The translations under genes and the position numbers were made by a program. Below, in pieces: positions 38,737 through 49,056 of a stretch of DNA of 64,000 nucleotides. The notes under the pieces were generated by a model, which had not been told where the DNA came from, did not search any database, and was given only the letters and a program-made list of their open reading frames with translations. Source of the DNA: Gemmatimonadota bacterium (GTDB taxonomy: Bacteria; Gemmatimonadota; Gemmatimonadetes; Gemmatimonadales; Gemmatimonadaceae). The stretch spans positions 319,492 through 383,491 of the forward strand of contig JAZJZK010000007.1 of assembly GCA_040389905.1 (NCBI GenBank). Direction: 5' to 3'. The number at the start of each line of letters is the position of its first letter. Position 1 is the first letter of the stretch.

Positions 38737-40532
38737 GTAGCGCGCTCCACGTCGTCGAGCGCCTCGACGGCCGGAAAGCGCAGCCGCACGCGAAGGCCGC
38801 CAAGCGGCGAGCGTTCAAGCAGCACCTCGCCTTCCATCATCACCGTCAGCTCGTTCACAACGGCCAGGCCGATGCCGGAGCCGGTTGGGTGCAGCTGCTC
38901 GGATGCGGCCACACGTTCGAACGGACGCAATACACGAGCGTGGTCCGCGGGGGAAATTCCTGGCCCCGCGTCATCGACGACGACATCGACCGTCGCACCA
39001 TGCGGTTCCACGGCGATGACAATCGCGCCGCCGGGGGCGTAGTGGAGCGCATTGTCGACGAGGTTGGTCAGGGCCAGGCGGAGTCCGTCCGCATCGACGC
39101 GTGCTGTCGCTGGCATCTCGGCGCGTACCTGTACGGACGAAGCAGTGGCATCGATGATGGCCTGAAGGTCATCGACGAGTTCCGTGACGAACAGGTCCAG
39201 GCGAACGGCACGTGGCGATACGCGCAGTAGTCGCCGGTCCGCTCGCGAGAAGTGCAGCACGTTCTCGATGAGATACACCATGCGCTTCGACTCTCGCACG
39301 ATCGCGCCGAGAATCGCGCCTCGTTCCGCGTCGCTGCGGGCACGCCGAAGCTCCAGGGTTTCGGCATTGAGCAGGATCTGTGTCAGCGGTGTGCGCAGCT
39401 CATGCGTCACCGAAGCGGCGAACTCGGAGCGCTGTCGCACGAGCAATTGCGCCCGGTGCAGCGCCAGAGCGACCGCACACAGAAGAAGCATCGCCAGGAA
39501 TGGGAGAGCGAGGTCGACCGACGCTGCGCGCGCCGGGACGGCCCCGCGAAGTATTCCTCTTGCGGCGTCGGGACTCAGCTCGACGAGCACGCGCAGGCCG
39601 TCTGCTCCGCCAATACGAGTACTCGCCTGGTAGCCGGTGCGATATGCGGATGGGCTTCGATAGAGCTCTGCCCCCGCCGTTGTCGTCACCGTGAGCTCCG
39701 CGAGTTCCCGATTGAGATTGACCCCCACAAGGTTCTTCGGAAGCATCAATGCCTCTCCGCCACCGAAGGCACTCTTCAACAATCCGTCGCGCAACGAGGC
39801 GAGATCGGCTTCGATCGCGAGGAAGCCACGCTCGCCCTTGGCGCCGTGAATTGGCGTGATGACGAACGCCCAGTTCTGCCTGCCGTCGCTGCCCGTCACG
39901 ATGGCAATGTCATCGTCCGACACGGGATACATCGCCGCACGCCGCAGCGCGCTCAATCGAGGCGCGGCTGCTTCGGGCGATGCGCCGGGCGCCGGCTCAT
40001 AGCGCACGCTCAGCGAATCCTTCCAGCGCCCCAGGCCCACGCCCAGCGTGGCGATTGTCGGGCCACAGTTGCACCGCGAGAGCGAGTCGCTGAGATGCGC
40101 CACGCGCGCGCGTGGAATCGTTCCGTTCTCGAGCGCGACGGGGCCGAGCGCGGTCGTGAGATTGTGTGCGGCGTTCGCGAACATCGAATGCGCGCGGAAG
40201 GCGTAGCTCCACCCGGCCAGTTCAGCGAAATCGGACAGCGCGCGCGTTGCCATGACGCGGTTCGCGCGCCGCGCGCGCACGGTGCTCATCATCGAGCCGA
40301 GTACAAGCATGATGGTCGCGCCGAGCAATACGATCGGCCCCATATCCTGTCGCGTGATCTTGCTCGAGAAGAATCGACGCAGTCCGGTCATTGGCGCAAA
40401 GTATCTGGAGATGGCGGTCAGGGCGGTGTCACCGGCCACTGTCAGTGGGTTTTGACCGTCCCCTGACGCCACTACGTGGGGTTCCTCATCGTCCTCTGAC
40501 ATTGCGACGCCGCGGTTGAGTCTAGTCTCCAT
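38733..40532 (-). CDS. Sensor histidine kinase (start uncertain)
   Basis: Two TMs, HELRTPL, NLVDNA, DAGPGI, GSGIGL. Confidence 0.9.
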   Translation of the reverse strand: METRLNRGVAMSEDDEEPHVVASGDGQNPLTVAGDTALTAISRYFAPMTGLRRFFSSKITRQDMGPIVLLGATIMLVLGSMMSTVRARRANRVMATRALSDFAELAGWSYAFRAHSMFANAAHNLTTALGPVALENGTIPRARVAHLSDSLSRCNCGPTIATLGVGLGRWKDSLSVRYEPAPGASPEAAAPRLSALRRAAMYPVSDDDIAIVTGSDGRQNWAFVITPIHGAKGERGFLAIEADLASLRDGLLKSAFGGGEALMLPKNLVGVNLNRELAELTVTTTAGAELYRSPSAYRTGYQASTRIGGADGLRVLVELSPDAARGILRGAVPARAASVDLALPFLAMLLLCAVALALHRAQLLVRQRSEFAASVTHELRTPLTQILLNAETLELRRARSDAERGAILGAIVRESKRMVYLIENVLHFSRADRRLLRVSPRAVRLDLFVTELVDDLQAIIDATASSVQVRAEMPATARVDADGLRLALTNLVDNALHYAPGGAIVIAVEPHGATVDVVVDDAGPGISPADHARVLRPFERVAASEQLHPTGSGIGLAVVNELTVMMEGEVLLERSPLGGLRVRLRFPAVEALDDVERAT

Positions 40533-40557
40533 CCTGAAAACAGCCTCATTCAGGATT

Positions 40558-40671
40558 TGTCACCCCGAGCGAGCGATGCGAGTCGAGGGGTCGGCACCCT
40601 TGTCCTGAGCGCAGAGAAGGATCTGTACCTCGTGAACAAGTGCAGATCCCTCGACCTCGCTCGGGATGACA
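40558..40671. repeat. REP-like subtype A doublet with a central related unit
   Basis: tgtcaccccgagcgagcgatgcgagtcgagggg ... gtgcagatccctcgacctcgctcgggatgaca. Confidence 0.85.
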
Positions 40672-40712
40672 TCCGAGGCCATGCGCTCGAGGAATGCCAA
40701 CCGGAGTACAAA

Positions 40713-41162
40713 ATGCTCATCAGAAACCTGATCGTCGTCGTTTCGTTGCTGGCCTGTTCGAGCGCGTCGGTAGGAGGTCCTGCGCCGACGGAGCTGAGCG
40801 TGGGCGGATCGTATCCAACCGTGGTCTCTCTCGTGGTCGACAGCTGCGGCGGAAGCATCGTACAGTCCATGCCAACCGACGTCGTGCATACCATAGGCGC
40901 GGCATCCCTGAGTCTGACGCATGCAGGAAGTCGCTATGACGGAACGGTGAGCCGGAACGGATCCTTTCAAACGACGCCAAGTCCTCTGTCCGCGAATGGC
41001 TTCTCCTACATGGTCTCGGTGGCCGGGCGCTTCACGACGACCGGCTTCGATGCAACCGCGACGGTGGATCGAACCACGCCGAGCACCGGTGTTCGCTGTA
41101 GATACGTCGCGCATTGGATCGGGACGAAATCGTCGGGGACGAATGTGATTCCAAGTCCATAG
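40713..41162 (+). CDS. Hypothetical lipoprotein
   Basis: GGAG upstream; MLIRNLIVVVSLLAC lipobox. Confidence 0.7.
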   Translation: MLIRNLIVVVSLLACSSASVGGPAPTELSVGGSYPTVVSLVVDSCGGSIVQSMPTDVVHTIGAASLSLTHAGSRYDGTVSRNGSFQTTPSPLSANGFSYMVSVAGRFTTTGFDATATVDRTTPSTGVRCRYVAHWIGTKSSGTNVIPSP

Positions 41163-41203
41163 CGTTTTGCACTACGTATGACGCAAAGCGGAGAAAAGCA
41201 GAT

Positions 41204-41298
41204 GGTGCAGGCCCTTCGCTCCGCTCAGGGCGACAAACGAGCGGAAATGTCGCCAACGGTGTCACCCCGAGCGAGCGACGCGAGTCGAGGGGTCTGCA
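41204..41298. repeat. Adjacent REP-like subtype B and subtype A half copies
   Basis: ggtgcaggcccttcgctccgctcagggcgacaaacgagcgg; tgtcaccccgagcgagcgacgcgagtcgaggggtctgca. Confidence 0.8.
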
Positions 41299-41406
41299 AG
41301 TGCCGTTACGTCGTTCGTTCTCTGCGTACCTCTGCTCCTCGGCGCCCCCTGCGGTAAATCACACTTGTGCCGAATTCGAGATGAAAAAACCTGCGGAGAA
41401 TCGACC

Positions 41407-43236
41407 TTACGGCGAACCACAGAGTGTCTTGAATTGCTGCGACACGTACGGCCTGAGCGTCGCCGCATAATCGAGGAACTGCTTCGCCGCCTCAGGCGCC
41501 GCGGCCCCGTTCGTCGCCAATTGGATCTCGGCAATCACGAGATTGTCCTGCGCAATCGTCGCCATCGCGCAACTCTTGGCGGTGGGTAGTTCCTGCGCGG
41601 CAAGTTGGGCGATGCCGAACGCCGCGGACCCAACCAGAAAGCCCGCGTTTTTCGAAGGTGCCATCCGCTGTGACAATTCCAGAAAGCGCAACGCCATCTC
41701 GAAGTCCGAGCGCTTCTTCGACGCGTTCGCCGCGGTATACATCACGTTCCCCCGCGCCAGGGTGAACTGCGCGACGAGCGCGGAGTCCGCGGCGGAATGC
41801 GTTCCCCCCTGGAGGATGACGAGGGCACTGTCGTTCAGTTCGACGTCGATGTACGCCTGCGCGAGTTGGAGATAACTCCGGGCAAGTGTGGAATCGGATG
41901 CGACGGCGCGGCGCGTTGATTCGAGTGCGCCGTGCATATCACCGCGTTTACGCTTGTTCTGCGCGTCGAGCGCGAGAAGTTTTCCGTTCGTCGGAAAGCG
42001 CTCGAGGCCGCGTGAGAGCGCCACGTCATTCTCGCCGAGGACGAGTTGGCTGTAGAGGAGGTAGAGCTCCGCGTCCTCGGGGTGGAGTGACACGCCCTCG
42101 GCAGCGATCGAGATGGCCTGGAAGGGTTGGTTCGCATTCCGGTACGCACCGGCCATCCGGAGGAAATAGTCCGGCTGCGTTTCGTACGTGGGCGACAGTT
42201 TTCGCAGCGCAACGCCGACCTTGGTGGCCTCAACCCAATCCTGCGTCGCCAGCAGTACGCGCCAGTGTAGTCCCGCCAGATGCTCATCCTCGGGGCGTTC
42301 ACTGGTCGCCTTGGTGATGATCGGCTTGGCGATCGACGGATTCCCGTCGCGCATGAGTGCAGACACGACGCGCGCCACGACCTCCGCGTTCTGGCTCTCG
42401 AGCACCGCCACGCTGCTCCACGCGCGTCCCGCACCGGCGCGGTTCCCGAGCGCGTCGTACGCGTTCGCCGCCGCTTCCCATCCGTACCAACTCGTCGAAT
42501 CGAATGAGATGAGGGCGAGCGCAACCTTGAGGATGGAGTCGGCAGGTTGTCCAAGCGCCGTGAATGCGCGCAGCAGGCAGGCGCGCGCGATCGCGGCGCG
42601 CGGATAGGCGAGCACGCCTTCGCGCGCGGCGGCGGCGGCGTCTCTCGGTGATCCGGCTCGCATTGCATTCTCGCACCGGCGCACGGGCGCAAGCTGCTCG
42701 CGAGCGCGAAGGACTTCCGCGGCGAATGCGTCTGACGCGGGATCGACGTCGGGAAGCTCCGGCGTGACGATTGGCTGCTTGAGGCCGGAGTCGCGCGTCA
42801 GGACCAGCGCGCCTTCGAGGCGGAGCGCGTGCCCGGCACCGGGAATCGCCCGCCCGATGACATACTCGTCGGCGCGATGGCGGCGCGCCATGTCACGAAT
42901 CTCCGCACCCAGCAGCACGCTGTCGGTGTTGAAGCCCGCCTTTTGCAGTTCCTGCAACATCTCCCAGCGGTTGACCACGATGAGGTCACGCTTCGCGCCG
43001 TGGCTGAGCGCACCATCGACGGCGTCGCCGACTCGGCGGCCGAGGCTGCCTTTGCCGCCGTCGAAGTTATGGACCAGCAAGCGCTGGCGGAGAAACTCCT
43101 GCTGCGCGCTTGCCCGTGTCGGAGAGAGTCCGCCGAGAGCCGTCACTCCGAGAAGGACGGCGCCGAAAAAACGATGCGCGCGCAGGATTTGCGGGGTGGG
43201 GACGAAGAGTGACGTCGGTGGGATACCGCTAGACAT
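41407..43236 (-). CDS. Secreted TPR-repeat protein
   Basis: 609 aa, signal-like N-terminus, Ala-rich TPR helices. Confidence 0.75.
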   Translation of the reverse strand: MSSGIPPTSLFVPTPQILRAHRFFGAVLLGVTALGGLSPTRASAQQEFLRQRLLVHNFDGGKGSLGRRVGDAVDGALSHGAKRDLIVVNRWEMLQELQKAGFNTDSVLLGAEIRDMARRHRADEYVIGRAIPGAGHALRLEGALVLTRDSGLKQPIVTPELPDVDPASDAFAAEVLRAREQLAPVRRCENAMRAGSPRDAAAAAREGVLAYPRAAIARACLLRAFTALGQPADSILKVALALISFDSTSWYGWEAAANAYDALGNRAGAGRAWSSVAVLESQNAEVVARVVSALMRDGNPSIAKPIITKATSERPEDEHLAGLHWRVLLATQDWVEATKVGVALRKLSPTYETQPDYFLRMAGAYRNANQPFQAISIAAEGVSLHPEDAELYLLYSQLVLGENDVALSRGLERFPTNGKLLALDAQNKRKRGDMHGALESTRRAVASDSTLARSYLQLAQAYIDVELNDSALVILQGGTHSAADSALVAQFTLARGNVMYTAANASKKRSDFEMALRFLELSQRMAPSKNAGFLVGSAAFGIAQLAAQELPTAKSCAMATIAQDNLVIAEIQLATNGAAAPEAAKQFLDYAATLRPYVSQQFKTLCGSP

Positions 43237-43351
43237 AATACGCAGAGGGAAGCGATTCCGATGCCACCCCGCAGCGTTACAGGCCTCGCTTTCCGGCGAC
43301 GGACGTGACAGTCTTCACACGGCATTTTGACACGAGACCAGCGACCTGCTC

Positions 43352-43852
43352 ATGGCACAAACCGCATCATTCGACGTGACGACCGGCGTGGACCTCCAGG
43401 AAGTCGACAACGCCATCAACCAGGCCCAGAAAGAGGTCGTACAACGCTATGACTTCAAGGGTTCCAAGGCGACGATCGAGTTCAAGCGAGCGGAATCCCT
43501 CATTGCCCTCGTGGCCGACAGCGATTTTCAGATGACCGCGCTCTTCGACATCGTACAGACCAAACTGATCAAGCGCGGCGTTCCCGTGAAGAATCTCGAC
43601 ATCGGTGAATTGAAGCAAGCCGGAGGCGACACCGTTCGTCGTGACGTGAAACTCAAGATGGAGCTTGATCCGGAGACGGCGAAGAAGGTCGCGGCAGCAA
43701 TCAAGGAAGCGAAGCTGAAGAAGGTGCAGGCATCGATTCAGGGAGAGCAGGTTCGGGTGAGTGGCCCCTCTCGCGATGAATTGCAGGGGGCCATTGCGTT
43801 GCTCAAGAGCAAGGACTTCGGTGTGCAGCTGCAGTTCGGGAACTATCGGTAG
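43352..43852 (+). CDS. yajQ: YajQ family nucleotide/c-di-GMP-binding protein
   Basis: SFDV...QEVDNA, RYDFKGSK, KVQASIQGEQVRVSG, QFGNYR. Confidence 0.95.
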   Translation: MAQTASFDVTTGVDLQEVDNAINQAQKEVVQRYDFKGSKATIEFKRAESLIALVADSDFQMTALFDIVQTKLIKRGVPVKNLDIGELKQAGGDTVRRDVKLKMELDPETAKKVAAAIKEAKLKKVQASIQGEQVRVSGPSRDELQGAIALLKSKDFGVQLQFGNYR

Positions 43853-43856
43853 CCGG

Positions 43857-45773
43857 ATGCCGAGGTCGCGCCTCCTTCGCTATGGCGCCGCCCTCGCGGC
43901 GTTGCTGGCCGGCAGTTCCTGCGGGGGAGATTCCGCGCCAAGTCAGGTAACGCCGCCCGCCTCCGTCGTCACAAGCATCGAGGTCACGCCATCGTTGCCA
44001 ACGCTCGAAATTGGCTCGACCATGACGATGTCGGCGACGGTTCGTGATCAGCGGGGGGCGGCCATGAGTCAACAGGTGCAGTGGACAAGCAGCAGTGAGA
44101 CGGTCGCGCAGATTGGTGCGTCGACAGGGCTCCTGACGCCGACCGGTCCAGGCACCACCACGATTTCAGCATCGGCCGGTGGCAAGCTGGGGACGACGAC
44201 GCTGACCGTCTTTCAGACGGTCGCGTCCCTGTTCATCGACAGTATTCCGCCGAAGCTCTATGTCGGTAAGACGGCGCAACTCGTGTTTCAGGTGCGCGAT
44301 GCGATTGGTGTGGCCGTCAACTTGAAGGCGGTCACATGGACGTCGAGCGCGCCGTCCGTCGCAACCATCTCGCCGTCGGGACTGCTCACGGGCGTCTCGC
44401 TCGGGACGACGCAGATTACCGGTGTCGTGGATGGAAAAACGGCATCGCGCTCGATTGTCGTCCAGCCGCTGCCGCAGGTGTTCGTTACGATGACCCCGGA
44501 GAATGCGTCGCTCGCGCGCGGTGCCGACTACGCGTTGACGCCCAGTGTCACGGATCTCGATGGAAAGCCGCTCGCCGGTCGCGTGGTCACCTACTCGACC
44601 TCCGATGCATCGATTGCGACGGTGACGGCCGCCGGCGTCGTGCATCCGATCGCCAACGGCGTCGCGACGATCACTGCGTTGGTCGACGGTCAGGACGCGA
44701 CGTCGCGCGTCACCGTGCTCGATCCGCGAACCGTGAGCGGCACGGTCTACACCGCCGATGGTGCGAGTCCCGCGAACGTGGCGTTTACCGCCCGCTTCGG
44801 CGGCGGCGTGTCGGTGCAGCGCTTCGTCGCACCGGTCAACGCGGCCACCGGTGCCTTCTCGCTCGTCATTCCATTTTTTGCGACGAACGCGCCCGTTATC
44901 GAGTACTTCGTCGATATCGCGTCGGGGACGTCCCGGCCGTATCACCCGTCCTACGTCAGGCTGTCCGGCGGGGCCGCGCCGGTGAACTCGCGCATTGTTC
45001 TCGTCCCCCACACGGTGGTGCCGGATTCTGGGACGTACGCCGGCAAGTCGTTCGCGGTTGACCTGAACGAAGCGTTCACGCCTGTGTGTCCGTATTCTCC
45101 AGTGGACGCAAACTGCCAGAGCTACTGGCCGAACTATTGGCTTTCAGGCGGAATCAAGAACTGGCCGGATGCGGCTCGCCCCATTCCATTGGCCATCGAT
45201 CGCACGCCAGGGCCCGCGACGGCCGCGGATTCCACGGCGATGTGGACGATCATTCGAATCATGGAAGCCGATCTCGGCAGGCAGCTGTTCAAACCTGTCA
45301 TCTTTTCCGGGTACACGACGCCTGGCTACACCAACGGTCAGGTACTCGTCTCGTTCGATGCCTCGTTGAGTGGCTTTGCGGGCTATACAAACTGGTTTTG
45401 GGACGCGAGTGCCTCCGTTGTGTATGCGCGCATCCGGCTCGCTGGTGCACAGTATTTCGCGCGCTCCGACATCGTGTCGCACGAGTTGACGCATGCGCTT
45501 GGGTTCAGCCACACCTGCCGGTGGACCACGATCATGGGCGGCTACTCGTGTACCCAGACGACGCGGCTGAGCCAGACGGACGTCGCGTACTACCACCTGG
45601 CGGAACTCGTGCGGCGGAAGTCCGCGGCGGTGTCGGCGACGTGGAGTGTGCAAGAGGGCCTCGACGGCGTGCGGGTGCTGGAACTGAAGCTCCCCGCACC
45701 CGATGCGGTGTCGGCAAACGTGTTTGCGCTGAAGTCCAGGATTGGACTTCCGGGCAGCGACGCGTCGCCGTAG
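43857..45773 (+). CDS. Lipoprotein with three Ig-like (Big_2) domains and a zinc-metallopeptidase motif
   Basis: SSC lipobox-like site; WTSS...VA.I...GLLT repeats; HELTHALGFSH followed by IMG. Confidence 0.8.
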   Translation: MPRSRLLRYGAALAALLAGSSCGGDSAPSQVTPPASVVTSIEVTPSLPTLEIGSTMTMSATVRDQRGAAMSQQVQWTSSSETVAQIGASTGLLTPTGPGTTTISASAGGKLGTTTLTVFQTVASLFIDSIPPKLYVGKTAQLVFQVRDAIGVAVNLKAVTWTSSAPSVATISPSGLLTGVSLGTTQITGVVDGKTASRSIVVQPLPQVFVTMTPENASLARGADYALTPSVTDLDGKPLAGRVVTYSTSDASIATVTAAGVVHPIANGVATITALVDGQDATSRVTVLDPRTVSGTVYTADGASPANVAFTARFGGGVSVQRFVAPVNAATGAFSLVIPFFATNAPVIEYFVDIASGTSRPYHPSYVRLSGGAAPVNSRIVLVPHTVVPDSGTYAGKSFAVDLNEAFTPVCPYSPVDANCQSYWPNYWLSGGIKNWPDAARPIPLAIDRTPGPATAADSTAMWTIIRIMEADLGRQLFKPVIFSGYTTPGYTNGQVLVSFDASLSGFAGYTNWFWDASASVVYARIRLAGAQYFARSDIVSHELTHALGFSHTCRWTTIMGGYSCTQTTRLSQTDVAYYHLAELVRRKSAAVSATWSVQEGLDGVRVLELKLPAPDAVSANVFALKSRIGLPGSDASP

Positions 45774-45775
45774 TT

Positions 45776-46242
45776 CCGCTCGTTCTGTCGCCCTGCGCCC
45801 TTCGTCGCTTGCGTTCCTCGAGGGCAGGCTTCGCGAAAGTGCCCGCACCATCTGGTCGTACGCAGTCCGCCCATTTCGCCAGGTCGGCGCGAGGTCATCC
45901 CACGCCGGGTTGTTCGCACTGATCAGCTCGATCTTTCGGCGCCGCGTCCATCCCTTGAGCTGCTTCTCTCGTGCGATCGCTGCACGTATATCGTGAGTCG
46001 TCTCGACGTGAACGAGCCTGGTAATGCTATGACGGGCAGTTGTCACGACTGTGCCCGACCGATGCTCGTCGAGGCGGAGGACGAGATTGCTCGTCACGCC
46101 GATGCACAGGGCACGAGATTGGCCCGCGAGTATGTGGACGTAGTAGGTTCGCATGGCCGAACATTGAGCGAGGCGGGCGCTGACCGCGGCGAAGAGCGGA
46201 GGTGCGGGCCCTTCACTTCGTTCAGGGCGACAAAACGAGCGG
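45776..46242. mobile_element. GIY-YIG nuclease gene flanked by inverted REP-like subtype B repeats
   Basis: Left arm 45776-45849 is the reverse complement of the right arm 46201-46242 plus a nested insert. Confidence 0.6.
45850..46154 (-). CDS. GIY-YIG (UPF0213-like) nuclease, degenerate, without its expected stop codon
   Basis: YYVHIL...LCIGVTSNL..R..EH...AIAREKQLKGWTRRRKIELI...NPAW.DL; the frame stays open through the repeat to 45144. Confidence 0.8.
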
Positions 46243-46307
46243 GGCGGCTACAGCTAACTCTCGTAGCAAATTAGATTTACGAAGCCTGCCCACACCCCAC
46301 GACCTTC

Positions 46308-47690
46308 ATGAAACTCGGCTTCATCACCCTCGGGTGCGACAAGAACACCGTGGACAGCGAGCGCTATCTCGCACAACTCGCTGACCGCGGCGCCGAGTAC
46401 ACCGATGATCTCGCACAAGCCGAGGTGATCATCATCAACACGTGCGGCTTCATCGACGCCGCCAAGAAAGAATCTCTCGACGCCATCATTCAGGCGGGCG
46501 ACCTCAAGGAGTCCGGATCATGCCGCGCCGTCGTCGCCGTTGGATGCATGGTCCAGCGACACAAGGGCGAGCTCGAAGCGGCGCTCCCGGAAGTCGACCT
46601 GTTTCTCGGGTCGTCCGAAATGGACCAGCTCCTTCCGGAGCTCGAAGCGCGCGGCCTGATCGACGATGTCCCGGCCATTCATCCCGGCGTTCGGCTTTTT
46701 ACCGGCGACACGCCGCACATTCGCTACCTCAAGGTGAGCGAGGGATGTGACCACGGCTGCGCCTTCTGCGCGATTCCACTCATGCGGGGCAAGCACCGCT
46801 CCTTTGCGCTGGATGAAGTCGTCCGCGACGCCCAGCTCCTCGAAGCGCAGGGCGCGCGCGAGGTCAACCTCGTCGCGCAGGATCTGGCGCACTACGGCCG
46901 CGATCGGCGCGACGGGTTCACGCTGCCGGAGTTGCTCGAGGCGCTGGTTCGTGAGACGTCCATCCCGTGGCTTCGCATGCTGTACCTCTATTCGTCGGGG
47001 ATTACGCCCCGTCTCCTCGAGGTCATGAGTGCGGAACCGCGCATCCTGCCGTACCTCGATATGCCGATGCAGCATGCGTCCGATGCTGTACTCGCGAGAA
47101 TGCGCCGGCCGGAGCGCCAGCGCACCATCCGCGATCGGGTGCAAACCATCCGCGGTGTAGTGCCCGACATCGCGATCCGCACCACGTGCATCGTCGGCTT
47201 TCCCGGCGAGACGGACGAGGACTTCGCGCAGCTCATGGCCTTCCTCGAAGAGATCCAGTTCGAGCGAGTCGGTGCGTTTACGTACTCCCCGCAGGAGGGC
47301 ACGAAGGCCGCCGAGATGATCGATGACGTGCCGGAGTCCGTGAAGCGACAGCGGCTCGAGCGCCTCATGGAGCTGCAACGACAGGTAACGGCGGAGCGCT
47401 ACGAGCGCTTCATTGGGCGCACGGCACGCACGATGATCGACCGCATTGTGGACGGAGAAGCGCAGGGACGGACCGTGTGGCAGGCGGACGACGTCGACGG
47501 AATCGCCTACGTCCAGGGTGCCGAGGAGCTCCCGCCAGGTACGATTATCGACGCGGTCATCGAAGGGGTCGAGGACGATGTGGATTTCCGGGCGACGCTG
47601 CTTCGGGTGATCGACCTCCCGGGAGCGCCGCCGAAGCGCGCCCGGTCGCTGCCGGTAATGAGTACGTCGATTGGGAGCTTTGGCCGTTGA
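46308..47690 (+). CDS. rimO: Ribosomal protein S12 methylthiotransferase
   Basis: TLGCDKNTVDSE, NTCGFI, radical SAM EGCDHGCAFC, DVDG in TRAM-like region. Confidence 0.93.
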   Translation: MKLGFITLGCDKNTVDSERYLAQLADRGAEYTDDLAQAEVIIINTCGFIDAAKKESLDAIIQAGDLKESGSCRAVVAVGCMVQRHKGELEAALPEVDLFLGSSEMDQLLPELEARGLIDDVPAIHPGVRLFTGDTPHIRYLKVSEGCDHGCAFCAIPLMRGKHRSFALDEVVRDAQLLEAQGAREVNLVAQDLAHYGRDRRDGFTLPELLEALVRETSIPWLRMLYLYSSGITPRLLEVMSAEPRILPYLDMPMQHASDAVLARMRRPERQRTIRDRVQTIRGVVPDIAIRTTCIVGFPGETDEDFAQLMAFLEEIQFERVGAFTYSPQEGTKAAEMIDDVPESVKRQRLERLMELQRQVTAERYERFIGRTARTMIDRIVDGEAQGRTVWQADDVDGIAYVQGAEELPPGTIIDAVIEGVEDDVDFRATLLRVIDLPGAPPKRARSLPVMSTSIGSFGR

Positions 47691-49023
47691 CCGAGCGCGC
47701 CGTTTGAGGTCCGCTCGGTTTTTCGCCCGGGTAGCGGAGGGCCTGCACCTCACGCCCGTTCCACGCCGCATCGCAGCATTCGCCATCATCGCCGCCGCGG
47801 GTTGTTCCGCCGCTGCGGCCTCTCGAAAACCGGCGACCCCCAACGCGCCAGGAGCCTCCGACAAGCGCAGCGCATCCGCCCGCATCGTCCGCATTGGGCT
47901 CGCGGACGCGGTCGCGTCGGTCCGCGTAAGCTCTGCCGGTCCATGGGTAATCTTTGCCGAGGACGGGCGTACCCCAGTCGCGCTGACGCAACCGGGGGAG
48001 AAATGGCTCATCGAGCGCGAGGGTCTCGCCGTCCGCGCACAGCGCGAGGATTCGCGGCCGGTGTCGGCGCGCGAGGGTACCGTGGTCGTGCACCCGCTGG
48101 ATGCCGACGGCCAGATTGGCTTCAATGGACGTCGGTATCGCGGCGACCTTGTGATCTCCGCCACGGCAGCGGGCCTCGTCGTCGTGAATCGTTTGCCGAT
48201 GGACGACTACCTGCGCGGCGTAGTTCCACTCGAAATTGGGTCCACGTCGTCGCGAGATGTCGCAGCCGTCGAAGCGCAGGCGGTGACCGCGCGCAGTTAT
48301 GCGGTGACGCACATCAACAGCCGTGCGCGATACGACATGCGCGCAACGGTGTCCGACCAGGTCTACGGAGGCGCCGGCGTCGAAACAAACGCGTCGAACC
48401 TCGCGGTCCAATCCACGAGCGGATTGGTTCTACTCTACGGGGGACAGGTCGTGAACGCCCCGTACTATTCGACCTGTGGAGGCAGCACGGCTGAGCCACA
48501 GGATGTGTGGCGTACCGGGCCGGAGCCCTATTTGCGCCGTGTCAGCGACCAGATCCCCGGGACGACGCGCTTCTACTGCGACTTCGCGCCGCGGTATCGG
48601 TGGACTCGCACATTCGGTCGTGACGATCTTCGCCAACACGTGGTGAAGTACATGAAGAGCCTCGGCGGAAATGCGAGCACGATATCGAGTGTCCGAAGCG
48701 TGACGGTCACAGACGTCACGCCGGCAGGGCGGGTGTCGGTGTTGACGATCGAAACGGATCGCGGGGCAATCACTTTGCGCGGGAACGAGATGCGATCGGC
48801 GTTACGGCTGGCGAGTGGCGAGTTGTTGTACAGCACGTACTTTTCCGTCGAGACGGTCATGGGACGAGATGGAGTCGAGACGCTGACACTGATTGGCGGC
48901 GGCAATGGTCACGGTGTGGGCATGTGCCAGGCGGGCGCGATCGGGCGTGCGCGCGCCGGCCAGGACTTTCGGACGATCCTTCGGACCTACTATCCCGGTA
49001 CGACCGTTGGCACCATTGACTGA
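47671..49023 (+). CDS. SpoIID/LytB-domain protein (start uncertain)
   Basis: YRG, YLRGVVPLE, EAQAVTARSY, DQVYGG, GHGVGMCQ, ILRTYYPG. Confidence 0.9.
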   Translation: MGALAVDRARRLRSARFFARVAEGLHLTPVPRRIAAFAIIAAAGCSAAAASRKPATPNAPGASDKRSASARIVRIGLADAVASVRVSSAGPWVIFAEDGRTPVALTQPGEKWLIEREGLAVRAQREDSRPVSAREGTVVVHPLDADGQIGFNGRRYRGDLVISATAAGLVVVNRLPMDDYLRGVVPLEIGSTSSRDVAAVEAQAVTARSYAVTHINSRARYDMRATVSDQVYGGAGVETNASNLAVQSTSGLVLLYGGQVVNAPYYSTCGGSTAEPQDVWRTGPEPYLRRVSDQIPGTTRFYCDFAPRYRWTRTFGRDDLRQHVVKYMKSLGGNASTISSVRSVTVTDVTPAGRVSVLTIETDRGAITLRGNEMRSALRLASGELLYSTYFSVETVMGRDGVETLTLIGGGNGHGVGMCQAGAIGRARAGQDFRTILRTYYPGTTVGTID

Positions 49024-49056
49024 ACGCCCGCGAGGTCACGGGCGAGGAGACCGATC

